Assembly: GCA_949297145.1 (NCBI GenBank)
Contig: CASFQO010000002.1
Coordinates: forward strand, 250,804 to 314,803
Direction: 5' to 3'
Length of the DNA stretch: 64,000 nt
Origin: an uncultured Alphaproteobacteria bacterium
GTDB lineage: Bacteria; Pseudomonadota; Alphaproteobacteria; RF32; CAG-239
Shown here: positions 39,059 through 48,346 of the stretch, piece by piece
Numbering within the stretch: position 1 is the stretch's first letter
Layout: each line of letters begins with the position of its first letter
Position numbers and translations under genes: made by a program
The notes under the pieces: generated by a model
Databases searched by the model: none
What the model saw: the letters and a program-made list of their open reading frames with translations, nothing else
What the model was told of the DNA's origin: nothing

Positions 39059-39253
39059 TTACGCACCGAGCGTTGTTTTACCGCCGCCGGAACCATAAGA
39101 ATTATCGTGAGATAAAAGTTGTGATACGGCGCCCATTTTCTTTTTGCGCTTATTTTCCAATTCATGCACTTCAGCAGAATTATCCACAACTTCCAACTCC
39201 ACTTCTTGCGGTTGCACCTGAACAACTTTCGGTTTAGAAAAAACAGAACTCAT
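39059..39253 (-). CDS. phage hypothetical protein, 64 aa
   Basis: Short ORF fitting tightly between terL and the membrane-protein genes. Confidence 0.4.
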   Translation of the reverse strand: MSSVFSKPKVVQVQPQEVELEVVDNSAEVHELENKRKKKMGAVSQLLSHDNSYGSGGGKTTLGA

Positions 39254-39278
39254 CTCTGTACTCCTTTATAAAATTAAG

Positions 39279-40598
39279 TTAAAGATAAACGGAATCATCC
39301 ACAAAATCCCCACCTGAGGGATGAGGAATTTTCAAAAGATATTCCGCATTTTGAATAGCAAACGTGAGCGCCAACGCATCAGCAACATCCGTCGAACGCC
39401 CCAATCTTTTTTTAATCTCGGCTTTAGGTTCCAACTGCAACCGCCCAAGCGCATCAAACATTTTAAGCGGCGCCGTCAAATCTTCCACCAAGCCGGAAAA
39501 TTCGGGCAAAGAAACCGGCAAAGGCGACGTCAGCCATTGAGCCACCCTCGCCCACATTTCCGCCCGACGGTTAACAAAGCGTTCAGCGTTATCAGCCCTC
39601 TCGCCAAAATTAACCGCGACAACATATTCAGCCAAGCCGTTTGCCGCCAACACGTCATACACACCGGCACCAAGCCCACCCACATCAATGCACACCCGCG
39701 CCGGATTATCTTCGGCAATAACAGCACCGATAAGATGCGCCACCTGCACCACATCAAGCTTTTGAAACGTTTTGAATTTTAAGACTTGTCTTCCTCGCCG
39801 ATAGCAAATAGCAGTTTTGTCATCGCCGAAACGCGCCACATCAACCCCGATAATGAGCGGCGCCGTATCGTCATTGATTTTAATATCGTTTTCAAGCGCC
39901 CGATACACTTCTTCGCGCCCGATTAAATGATTATCCGCCGTCAAGCGTGGTTCCCCCTCCCAAACATGCAGATATTCGCCATAATTTTCGTTTTTCATTT
40001 TAAGCGCCAATCGCTTCATGTTATCCGGACAATACGGATTGTCATAATAGTTGACCTTACGAACAATCGTGTCATTGTCGGGATGAAGAGCAAGAGCCTT
40101 CCAAACAGGATCGTTTTCCTCTTCACGGTTGAGAGAAAGCCAAATTTCCGCATTGGGCTTACGAATGGTCGGGTCTAAGATTTGCCATGCGCGTTCTGAT
40201 ATTTTCTGCGCTTCTTCACACCAACAAATATCCACCCCTTCAAGCGATTTAATATTTTGCGCATTGTGTTCCAAAATTCCCTTAAAGATAAATTTAGATT
40301 TATTTTTGAGGTTGACGATTTTATCTTCATAGAGGCGGTATTCGTTGAGCTGATAAAAAGCAATTCTGTCGGCAATCAGCTTATAAACGGAATCTTTAAT
40401 AGAGTTTTGCACCTCACGCACGCAGGCAATTAAGAGCTTGCGACTGGTCGCAAGCGTCAGGAGCGCATCTGCAAACGCATAAGACTTACCGCCGGCTCTT
40501 CCGCCATAAAACATCTTATAGCGTGCTTTAACCGTCAAGAGCTCCCGAAACGCCCGCGGCAGTTGCACTTTCATTTCTTTTTGTATCACCTTAGCCAT
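39279..40598 (-). CDS. terminase large subunit (PBSX/XtmB-like)
   Basis: Walker A-like FYGGRAGGKSYA and a nuclease-domain pattern IIGVDVARFGDDKTAI. GAGGAT RBS. Confidence 0.85.
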   Translation of the reverse strand: MAKVIQKEMKVQLPRAFRELLTVKARYKMFYGGRAGGKSYAFADALLTLATSRKLLIACVREVQNSIKDSVYKLIADRIAFYQLNEYRLYEDKIVNLKNKSKFIFKGILEHNAQNIKSLEGVDICWCEEAQKISERAWQILDPTIRKPNAEIWLSLNREEENDPVWKALALHPDNDTIVRKVNYYDNPYCPDNMKRLALKMKNENYGEYLHVWEGEPRLTADNHLIGREEVYRALENDIKINDDTAPLIIGVDVARFGDDKTAICYRRGRQVLKFKTFQKLDVVQVAHLIGAVIAEDNPARVCIDVGGLGAGVYDVLAANGLAEYVVAVNFGERADNAERFVNRRAEMWARVAQWLTSPLPVSLPEFSGLVEDLTAPLKMFDALGRLQLEPKAEIKKRLGRSTDVADALALTFAIQNAEYLLKIPHPSGGDFVDDSVYL

Positions 40599-40622
40599 TA
40601 TCCTCTGCCCATCATCAAATAC

Positions 40623-41024
40623 TCACACAAACTTCACCACAATTTCTTTCAAATTCTGCCCATCGTCATTATCGTCATCGCCATTTTGCAACGTCGTCCA
40701 GATAGGTTCCGGACAAGCCTTTTGCGCCAACCACTTTTCGGTTTCAATCAAAAGTTTGGCTGTTGAGTTATCAATTTCACCTTTTTTAAGTTCCGCCACA
40801 ATTTTCCGAATATTATCGGTACAGCTATCGGCATAATCAGCCAGCGCCAACTTATACCCTTGCGAAAAAGCGGGATTAGCGGCCGTTGCCTCATAAAATT
40901 GCTTCGTCCCGATACCGTTTTTTTGACAAGCGGCAAAAAGAGAAGCGCCTTTGCGCAACGCCTCAAACACTGCCGTCAAAATTTCTTCATCTGTTTTATT
41001 AATACTTTTTTTCCGAACACCCAT
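40623..41024 (-). CDS. terminase small subunit (putative), 133 aa
   Basis: HTH-like N-terminal region. It lies immediately upstream of terL and is the first gene of the block. Confidence 0.5.
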   Translation of the reverse strand: MGVRKKSINKTDEEILTAVFEALRKGASLFAACQKNGIGTKQFYEATAANPAFSQGYKLALADYADSCTDNIRKIVAELKKGEIDNSTAKLLIETEKWLAQKACPEPIWTTLQNGDDDNDDGQNLKEIVVKFV

Positions 41025-41397
41025 AATAACTCATACCCATATATACGGAACACCCATTGCGCCATAAGAAGCACACGGCGCTTATGTCCGCTCATAAGCG
41101 CCCCGCCCATACATTTTTGCCTAAAGCAAAAATCCCATAATTGACTATAGAAAGAGTGCCTATCCGTTTTTTTAGGAGAATTGCCATTTTCTTATAGAAG
41201 TAGATAAGGTAATAAATTCCTGGCATAAACCAAATCAAAGTTTATTTTTAATTGAATAAAATCTTCATCTTCTCCGTCTCAAAAAAACAGAGCAACCGAA
41301 GAGACATAAAAAGCCGTCATTTTTTTAACACAAAAAAGCCACCGATAAAAACCTGAAAGCTTTTCACGCTCAAAACGAGCCTTTTTTGATTTCGCAC

Positions 41398-41428
41398 TAA
41401 AAAACGCCGCCGATAAAAACCGACAGCG
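41398..41428 (-). terminator. leader terminator downstream of the block promoter
   Basis: On the minus strand: CGCUGUCGG / UCGGCGGCG 9-bp stem. Its 3 G.U pairs would be C.A mismatches on the plus strand. It is followed by U6. A degenerate second copy lies at 41332-41362. Confidence 0.6.
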
Positions 41429-41521
41429 CTCTTTAATGACATTCAATGAAAATTTAAACTTTAAAAATAATTTATATCAAGATTCAACTGTTTTGATATA
41501 CACTCTTCCACGATACCCAAA

Positions 41522-41550
41522 CTTATAACACCCCCCGACAGAGATGTCAA
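41522..41550 (-). promoter_or_regulatory. promoter of the phage-like block (copy 1 of the conserved promoter core)
   Basis: On the minus strand: TTGACA (41550-41545), 17 nt spacer, TATAAG (41527-41522). There is no minus-strand gene upstream. The leader to the terS ATG is about 490 nt. Confidence 0.6.
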
Positions 41551-41689
41551 TAGTTTCAGATTCAAAATGATAAAAAAATAAATAAAGCAAAAACAGTAAG
41601 TTAAACAAACTGTGCATATAATTTTTGTTTAATTGACTAAAAACCGCCCACAAATTAGGGTATAAAATAAGGGAAAGAAGAGAAAAAAG

Positions 41690-43519
41690 ATGCGCAAATC
41701 CGATATAAAAGATACAACTAAACCACAAAAGACCGCAAAAAAGGCTGTTATTAGCCCCAAATCGGTCCAAAAAAGCAAAGAACAAGCACAGCAAACCGCT
41801 GAAATCGCAACGCTAAATCAAACTTCATTGCAAGAAAGAGTTCTGAATTTTGACCTTGTAAACACTTTGCAACAATGGTGTCAAAAAGCCGACAAGCCGT
41901 TCTGGACCGCTTTTTTTACCGCTTTTATAGTTTTAAACCTAATCTTTTTATATCATGGCGCGCAATTTTTATTCGGCGACCATGATTGGCGCTATCTGAA
42001 AGAAGGCATCACACTCAGCGCCGGCTTGTTTGAAGCAAGATTTACTCAATTTATCCCAATAAATATCTTAAGTCGTGGCGAGATATATCCGATAATTAAC
42101 AATCTACTGGGCTTTGCCGGCTTTTCGTTAGGAACAGCCCTACTCGCCCGCTATTGGAATTTACCGCATCATAAAAAACAATATGCGCTATTCGCACTGT
42201 TTTGCGCCATAACTCCATACATTTTGTCATTTATGTATTTTGCCTTTTTGATTATGTCGGTTTTGGGGTGGAACGCTTTTATTTTAGGCGCGTTGGTGAT
42301 AAGTGAGAAGGAACAGAAATTTTCGCTCTTTCGCACCCTAGCCTCCGTCTTTTTAATCATAATGGCATTAGGCGGTTATCCGCCGGTTATCAACTTAATC
42401 GCGGTTGTATTGAGTATCAAATTATTGCAAAGCAGCCTAAATCTTCCCCAAGAAACAAAGTTCACAGCTTTCATCTCCGCCCAATTTAACCGCTATAAAT
42501 GGACGTTTGCCAATTTGCTCATCGGGCTTTTGGGGTATAAACTTTGCCTTTGGGGTTTAGAGCAAACCGGTGCCGTAAATACCGCATATTACAATCTGCA
42601 AACCACCCCGATTGCCGAATGGGGCAATAAGTTCATATTGGTGAGCAAAGATGTCTTCCTCCAGTTTATGGTAACCTTGCCGTTTATGCCCGCCACATAT
42701 AAAGCGCTGACTTTAGCACTGGTCGTTTTAGGATTATGCCTAATAATCAAGAAGTTAACAAATAAAGCCGCACCAATCTCTCAAAAATTCATCATTACCG
42801 CCCTAACCATTATCTGCCTCTATGCGCCGTTGGTCACTTTGTTTATCTCCACCTCGCTGGCTGAAACAGAATTTTCCCCGCGGATAGACTTTTTCGGCTT
42901 GATGTACTTATACGCGGGCTTTTTGGCAATCATACTAAGCGCGCCTAATAAAGAAAAAGTTTTTAAGAACATCTGTACCGCCCTTGCCGTAGCGATTATC
43001 TTTGTTTCCGCCAATAACCTATTTGAAGCCCAAAAGGTGTGGAAATTGGGCTTTGATGCAGAAATGAAATTATATCGCCGCGCCGCTGCACGTTTCATGG
43101 CCTCGCCAGCTTTTTCGCTCAATCAAAAATACATCATGATACAAGGGGGTATCGCTTCGTTCCGTCCGCGGTTTTATCATACCCCCTATGACATCAAGAG
43201 CGATGATTTATTGAGCATCTCGTATGTTCCGGGGCTAAATTCCGGGGTGATGTGGAACTATTATGCCCCAAAAGACTTTGCCGACACCACCTCCTATGTC
43301 TATACGCTAAAACCGGATATGCCAACGGCCGCCCAAATCAGGCAATCCGCCGGTTGGCCGCACCAAAACAGCACCGCGATTTCCGTATTACCGTGGCAAC
43401 AATTTTTGCTAGAAAAAGCCCCAGCCAACATCCCCGTCACCACCTCGCACCAAAATTGGATAATGCTGATAATAGATGACGGCGGCCGCGAAAATCTTAG
43501 CCATAGCTATGGATTATAA
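41690..43519 (+). CDS. polytopic inner-membrane protein, 609 aa (function unknown)
   Basis: Basic N-terminus followed by at least 10 hydrophobic helices and a soluble C-terminal region. Confidence 0.7.
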   Translation: MRKSDIKDTTKPQKTAKKAVISPKSVQKSKEQAQQTAEIATLNQTSLQERVLNFDLVNTLQQWCQKADKPFWTAFFTAFIVLNLIFLYHGAQFLFGDHDWRYLKEGITLSAGLFEARFTQFIPINILSRGEIYPIINNLLGFAGFSLGTALLARYWNLPHHKKQYALFALFCAITPYILSFMYFAFLIMSVLGWNAFILGALVISEKEQKFSLFRTLASVFLIIMALGGYPPVINLIAVVLSIKLLQSSLNLPQETKFTAFISAQFNRYKWTFANLLIGLLGYKLCLWGLEQTGAVNTAYYNLQTTPIAEWGNKFILVSKDVFLQFMVTLPFMPATYKALTLALVVLGLCLIIKKLTNKAAPISQKFIITALTIICLYAPLVTLFISTSLAETEFSPRIDFFGLMYLYAGFLAIILSAPNKEKVFKNICTALAVAIIFVSANNLFEAQKVWKLGFDAEMKLYRRAAARFMASPAFSLNQKYIMIQGGIASFRPRFYHTPYDIKSDDLLSISYVPGLNSGVMWNYYAPKDFADTTSYVYTLKPDMPTAAQIRQSAGWPHQNSTAISVLPWQQFLLEKAPANIPVTTSHQNWIMLIIDDGGRENLSHSYGL

Positions 43520-43610
43520 GCCAAATATCCCATAAAGAGATTGACCAAGCTAAAAATTTGTGCTATTCTGATAGAAAATGACGTTGAGCTATTATTATCG
43601 GGAGGTCGAT

Positions 43611-45860
43611 ATGTCTCTAAAAGATAAAATCAAACAAGCAGCCATGGGAGCAACCATAGGTGCGGCCAGCCTATCTCCAACAATGGCGCAACAAACACCT
43701 CAACAAGATATAACCTCCGATAAATACACCAAAACCATCACGGTGAGGAATGACTCAGTCCGAATGGTCGGTAACACGGCGGCATATTACAGTCAAAACG
43801 ACAACCAAATCTACACAATCAAAGGAGATATGCAGTGGAGCGACTTCGGTTTTGAAAACACACCGCACGTCACAGATGAAACTTTACAAATTATACACGA
43901 AGCCCAACACCAAATCAATCGCAACAAAAAGCATCTGGGTTCGGAAAATATGAGCTTAAATGAAAATTATCAACGAGATGTTCATGATGAAATCACAGCT
44001 TTAATCGCTGAAAAGTTAGAAATTCGCCGTCAATATCGCGCGGCCCAAACCAAAGCTGAAAAAGATGCTGTTATAGAAAAATATATGCAAGAGGACGCAC
44101 ACCGCCAATATATCAGCGCCATTAAAGAAGGTCGCATAAATCCCAACAGCAACAAGAGCACCGATTTTGATAAAGAAATGTCTTTTATCAAGAATGACGC
44201 GACAGAGTATCGTGCCGATCCCAACGATGACGGTTACAAAAAACAATGGACCAGCTTAAGCATGGCCTATTTAAACCGTGTCGGAACCAATGCACAATCA
44301 AACCCGAAAGCTCTAAAACAAGAAATCCATGATATCTACCAAATCGGCGGTATCAATTTCACCAAATACGGCAAACATGACGTCTTTGTTTTAGAAAATC
44401 AATCAATAATCGCCGCGGATAATCTATTGCAACAAGGAGCCGAGCCGCAAAAACTGATTGCTTTTATGAACGAAGGCGAAGGTCCGTTTAAGTTAGCAGA
44501 AAGTTTGGATGTCAGCGGCTTATCTAAAGAACAAGCGGAAAAAGTTCTCCAAACGGCCATTGTCACTCAAGAATTACAAGAAAACATCACCGAAGACATT
44601 TGTTTTGGGCAAAAAGGCTCTTATAATTTTGATTTTATATCAGAAGATTTAAGAGAAAAGACCGCCGTTTATCTCGATATGAAGTCAGACATTTGGGAAA
44701 AGAACGGGACTTTGAATCCAAACGGAGATGAAGCCAAATTCAATCAATTGATGCAACAAGCCAAAACCCTAAACATAGACACCGAGCAATGGTTTGAAAG
44801 CATCAAGAATGACCTATCGCATTACACGCTGGCGCAAACCGAAGAAGGGCGAAGAAAATTAATGGAAGCCGTCAAACAAAATCAGGGCCGCACCGTAAAC
44901 TTAGATAATTTCGTCACCAATATGGATGAGTTCACACTCCCCTTAGACGGCACCAGCAAAGAGGCCGTCTTAAAAGAAAAAGCCGACAAAGCTAAAGCAG
45001 ATGCCGATTTCTGGAAAGAATATTATAAAAAGAACCCACCCAAGGCCAAACGCTTATCCGATCCGTATGAAATAAATATTATGGATTTGGAATCAAATAT
45101 ATTAAAAGACGAGTTAAACGCCCGCAAAAAAGCCGAAGAAGAAAAGAAGATAGAACCTTTATATCAATCACCGCGTAACACAACCTATAAACTTTCAGAC
45201 GGCGGCATAGATATAGCCATTCCGAACAACAGTTATGAAAACGCCGAACTAAAACAAATCAAAAACGACAAAGGCGAAGTTTTGGATTTAACTTTGCTCG
45301 ATGGAAAGGTCCATGGTTTATATTCCATCATGGATGAAAACGGCAATATCAAGAGTTTCAAACTCTATGACAAAGGCAAAGAGATAGACTTAAACAAGCA
45401 TCAGTTAGAAATTAAACAAGAAGAACAAGACGGCGCCAAACATGAATATATGTTATTAGACGGCAAGAAATTCGGAACGGAAATCATCACCGGCGCGGAC
45501 GGCACGCAAAAAGCCGCCTTTTGGGATAGTTTTGGCCTGATTAACGGCAGCGAGCAAGCCACCATAGGAACTTCAACCGTCCATGCGGATGATTATACCC
45601 CCTCGCCGCTTCGTCCGGAATATCAAGAAGATTTGGCAAGCCGTGCCGAGCTCAAAGCAAGCCTCAAAAGTCAAACCGGAGAATTACCGACACCGACGGC
45701 TGAAAATACTTCCAAACAACTACGCTTGGATATGCACATAAAAGCGCACGAAAACAATCGTCCCGACGAGGTTAATGGCAAAAAGGCTATCAAAGAAAAC
45801 AAAAGACAAGACACCAACACGCTGTATGTACCGATATGGCAGCAGCAAAACACACACTAG
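43611..45860 (+). CDS. hypothetical secreted protein, 749 aa
   Basis: ATG at 43611 is preceded by GGGAGG. Signal-like AAMGATIGAASLSPTMAQQ. No motif recognised. Confidence 0.7.
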   Translation: MSLKDKIKQAAMGATIGAASLSPTMAQQTPQQDITSDKYTKTITVRNDSVRMVGNTAAYYSQNDNQIYTIKGDMQWSDFGFENTPHVTDETLQIIHEAQHQINRNKKHLGSENMSLNENYQRDVHDEITALIAEKLEIRRQYRAAQTKAEKDAVIEKYMQEDAHRQYISAIKEGRINPNSNKSTDFDKEMSFIKNDATEYRADPNDDGYKKQWTSLSMAYLNRVGTNAQSNPKALKQEIHDIYQIGGINFTKYGKHDVFVLENQSIIAADNLLQQGAEPQKLIAFMNEGEGPFKLAESLDVSGLSKEQAEKVLQTAIVTQELQENITEDICFGQKGSYNFDFISEDLREKTAVYLDMKSDIWEKNGTLNPNGDEAKFNQLMQQAKTLNIDTEQWFESIKNDLSHYTLAQTEEGRRKLMEAVKQNQGRTVNLDNFVTNMDEFTLPLDGTSKEAVLKEKADKAKADADFWKEYYKKNPPKAKRLSDPYEINIMDLESNILKDELNARKKAEEEKKIEPLYQSPRNTTYKLSDGGIDIAIPNNSYENAELKQIKNDKGEVLDLTLLDGKVHGLYSIMDENGNIKSFKLYDKGKEIDLNKHQLEIKQEEQDGAKHEYMLLDGKKFGTEIITGADGTQKAAFWDSFGLINGSEQATIGTSTVHADDYTPSPLRPEYQEDLASRAELKASLKSQTGELPTPTAENTSKQLRLDMHIKAHENNRPDEVNGKKAIKENKRQDTNTLYVPIWQQQNTH

Positions 45861-45897
45861 AACAATAATCAGCCGAAAAACAGGGCTAAGACAATAA

Positions 45898-45930
45898 CAA
45901 AAAAGAGCGCCGATAATTAGCGCCCTTTTA
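45898..45930. terminator. bidirectional terminator between convergent genes
   Basis: AGAGCGC / GCGCCCT stem with T-runs on both strands. Confidence 0.6.
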
Positions 45931-45947
45931 AGTTTAAGAACCATGCA

Positions 45948-46595
45948 TTATTTACGTTTAAAGCGGTCTTTACGCCCGGTATCTTGCGCCTTGCTAAACT
46001 CAAACAGACTTTCATCCAAAGTTCCGTCCGCCACAGTATTGTAGAGTGACAGAGAAACCTCCATAGCTTGCGGCGTAACGACTTTCCATTGTTTAAGCTG
46101 CATCGGGTTATTGGCAAAAACAAGCGTAAACGGCCCCAAATCACCGGCATTAGCATATTGCAACCCGATTTTGGTCACGCCCGGATCTTCATAAAAATCA
46201 GTAACTTTCAGCTCTTTGCCGTCAATTTTAACCGTATTGGCCAAAACAGCCGCCGCCGGAATATCTTCATAATCAATATTGGTAATCTGGTCCAACTCTT
46301 TGTCATAATAAACGATATAGTCGCCGTTTCCGACAATCAAGATATTAGACGGTTCGTTATATTCCATGCGGATTTTATTAGGTTTTTCAATATAAATCCG
46401 CCCCTCAACTTTTTCCCCGTTGCTGGCAATTTGCACAAAATCGGCACGCATGGTTTTAAGCGAGTTCAGATAATTTTCCACTTTTTTAATATCATCGGCA
46501 GAAGGAGCTGTACCGGCAGCCAAAACCGGATAAGCCGCCCCCAAGAAGCAACCGCCGCAAAGCATAACGGCAAAAACTTTTGCAAATTTCATCAA
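45948..46595 (-). CDS. lolA: outer-membrane lipoprotein carrier protein LolA
   Basis: Signal peptide plus the LolA-family pattern LKTMRADFVQ...GRIYIEKPNKIRMEY..P....IV.NGD..Y.YD. Confidence 0.85.
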   Translation of the reverse strand: MMKFAKVFAVMLCGGCFLGAAYPVLAAGTAPSADDIKKVENYLNSLKTMRADFVQIASNGEKVEGRIYIEKPNKIRMEYNEPSNILIVGNGDYIVYYDKELDQITNIDYEDIPAAAVLANTVKIDGKELKVTDFYEDPGVTKIGLQYANAGDLGPFTLVFANNPMQLKQWKVVTPQAMEVSLSLYNTVADGTLDESLFEFSKAQDTGRKDRFKRK

Positions 46596-46741
46596 TTCAT
46601 CCTTAAAAAAACTAAACTAATGTATAAGATAAGGGCAAAGTCTGATTTTTTCAAGTTAAATTCGCGGTTATCTTCAACAATTTCCCCAAAGAAATCCACA
46701 ACAAGAAGCCTTAAAAAAGATAAAAAAAGCTTTCAGATATA

Positions 46742-46770
46742 TTGACTCACCCCCGAAAATGTGCTACACT
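46742..46770 (+). promoter_or_regulatory. sigma70-type promoter candidate
   Basis: TTGACT (46742-46747), 17 nt spacer, TACACT (46765-46770). Confidence 0.45.
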
Positions 46771-46809
46771 CCGACGAATAAACAATCTCTTATTAAGGTA
46801 TCAAATTAA

Positions 46810-47937
46810 ATGGCAAACAAAGCACTGACATCACCGGAAATTCTGTTACTGGATAAATTAGAAGAAGTAGACAAATCTCTGCCGGTAACTCTGTGGGAAC
46901 AGATGCGCTCCGATGTCACGATGGCCGATGCGGTAGAAGAAGCGGATATACACACACTTCCGGCCGTCCGTCAACGTAAAAAGATGTTTTTGCGAGACTT
47001 TGTTGAAAGAGCCATCAATCACCCGATACGCGTTTATCCTGATGTTCCGGAAGAAACTTTGCGCCAATTATATCGGCTGCACCTGTTTTGCTGCCAACGC
47101 GCCATCCATAACATCGAGGTTAAAAGAAACCCGTTTCAGCTTGGTTTTGTCGCTTTAAGAGAGATGAAAACGGCATTGATGGGGATGTTGATATCCTATC
47201 GCTTGATAGATCCCTCTTGTCCGTATAGTTGGAATCATCAATTTTTTGAAATGAACATCATAACGGATAAAAACGCTGACGGCGACACGGTCATTAAGTT
47301 TAACCGCATTCCGCCGCAAATTATCCCCTTGGCCGTAACCGAAGAGTTAGTGACAGATTGGCTCATATACCGCGCTTATGATAATAACGGCATCCGCACC
47401 TTGATGGATTATAAAAATAACCTCTTAACCCTGCCCGATTATCAACGCGGCGGCGCACCGGAAAATGAGTTTTCGCGCTTTGAACGTAAGATGCAAGAAC
47501 AGCGTAACCGTTTTGAACGCCATAAAAATCAAGAATTGGACCTAGAGTTTCGCAAAACTTTGGTAAGAAACGTTGCCCAACAAACCGCCAATGAGATGTT
47601 AAATTCAGGGCTAAGCGCTTCAGAAATCTTAGAACAAGCCTTCAAGGCAGATTTAAGCAGTTTGGTTGTAGATAAACCTAAACCACGTTATAACGAGATG
47701 AATTATCACGCAGTTCCCAGCCATCAATCACATGAGCACCATCCCAAAATACAAGAGCAAAATAAACCTTGGCTCGATTCGGTGGCAGAAGAAGAGTACT
47801 TAAACGCACCGCAAGCGCAAAAGCTGCAAGCCCTCCCCGCGCCGGAATCAACCCCTCAAAAAACCAAGAAGCCCCTAAAGCATGAAGATACATCGATGAT
47901 AGATGAAATGATTGCAAAGTTTTTGGATGAAGATTAG
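46810..47937 (+). CDS. hypothetical protein, 375 aa
   Basis: Long ORF with a promoter candidate. No motif recognised. Confidence 0.65.
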   Translation: MANKALTSPEILLLDKLEEVDKSLPVTLWEQMRSDVTMADAVEEADIHTLPAVRQRKKMFLRDFVERAINHPIRVYPDVPEETLRQLYRLHLFCCQRAIHNIEVKRNPFQLGFVALREMKTALMGMLISYRLIDPSCPYSWNHQFFEMNIITDKNADGDTVIKFNRIPPQIIPLAVTEELVTDWLIYRAYDNNGIRTLMDYKNNLLTLPDYQRGGAPENEFSRFERKMQEQRNRFERHKNQELDLEFRKTLVRNVAQQTANEMLNSGLSASEILEQAFKADLSSLVVDKPKPRYNEMNYHAVPSHQSHEHHPKIQEQNKPWLDSVAEEEYLNAPQAQKLQALPAPESTPQKTKKPLKHEDTSMIDEMIAKFLDED

Positions 47938-48108
47938 TTTGTCGTTTTGCTTGCCATGAGCAGGATGAAATATCTTCGCACCCCTCAACACTGAAGTTAG
48001 AATAAAAAAAAGCGGATAAAAAAATTCCCCGCTCTCATCCGGCGCACAAAATTTCGCTCGCGCAAAAAACGTCTGCACCAAAAGAGAATACGGAGATGTG
48101 GGAGAATT

Positions 48109-48182
48109 TGGAGCAGGTGACGGGAATCGAACCCGCATTAAAAGCTTGGGAAGCTCTCATTCTACCATTGAATTACACCTGC
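48109..48182 (-). tRNA. tRNA-Gly (anticodon CCC), CCA encoded
   Basis: Manual cloverleaf. Acceptor GCAGGTG/CACCTGC, anticodon stem AGAGC/GCTTT, loop TTCCCAA, T-arm GCGGG-TTCGATT-CCCGT. Length 74 nt. Confidence 0.92.
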
Positions 48183-48346
48183 GTCCAAGAGAGTTATCAC
48201 AAACAACGGAGAATAAATAAAAGATAAAAACAAAATTTTCAACGTTTTTTGCACCAATGTGCATAAAATTGTGCATAACTAACGCCAAAAAAATACAAAA
48301 AAAGCAAAAGATTAGCCCTCAAAAGCCAAGCAATTTCATAAAAAAA

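Larger units (their letters stand above)
22202..41550 (-). mobile_element. phage-derived (podovirus-like) packaging, head, tail and ejection gene block without lysogeny, replication or lysis modules
   Basis: Eighteen co-oriented, tightly spaced ORFs. Recognisable TerL and portal-like genes are followed by a scaffold, capsid, adaptor, nozzle and three internal-protein-sized genes. No integrase, repressor, DNA replication or endolysin ORF lies in or beside it. Confidence 0.8.

Noticed and set aside
22202-41024. A diversity-generating retroelement, considered because the capsid plus small capsid-adjacent gene layout recalls BPP-1-like phages.
   Set aside because: No reverse transcriptase ORF was found, and no template/variable repeat pair could be identified by eye.
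20381-41550. The phage block considered as a prophage integrated into tRNA-Glu.
   Set aside because: The block lies on the 5' side of the tRNA gene, 1.7 kb away. It has no integrase, and no copy of the tRNA 3' end lies at its far end (41.5 kb).
41477-41794. A 105-aa minus-strand ORF across the phage-block promoter region.
   Set aside because: It overlaps the promoter and the start of the 609-aa plus-strand gene. Its sequence is hydrophobic, low-complexity and AT-driven, with no RBS.
47875-48138. An 87-aa ORF overlapping tRNA-Gly.
   Set aside because: It overlaps a well-folding tRNA gene on the same strand. It is not a plausible CDS.
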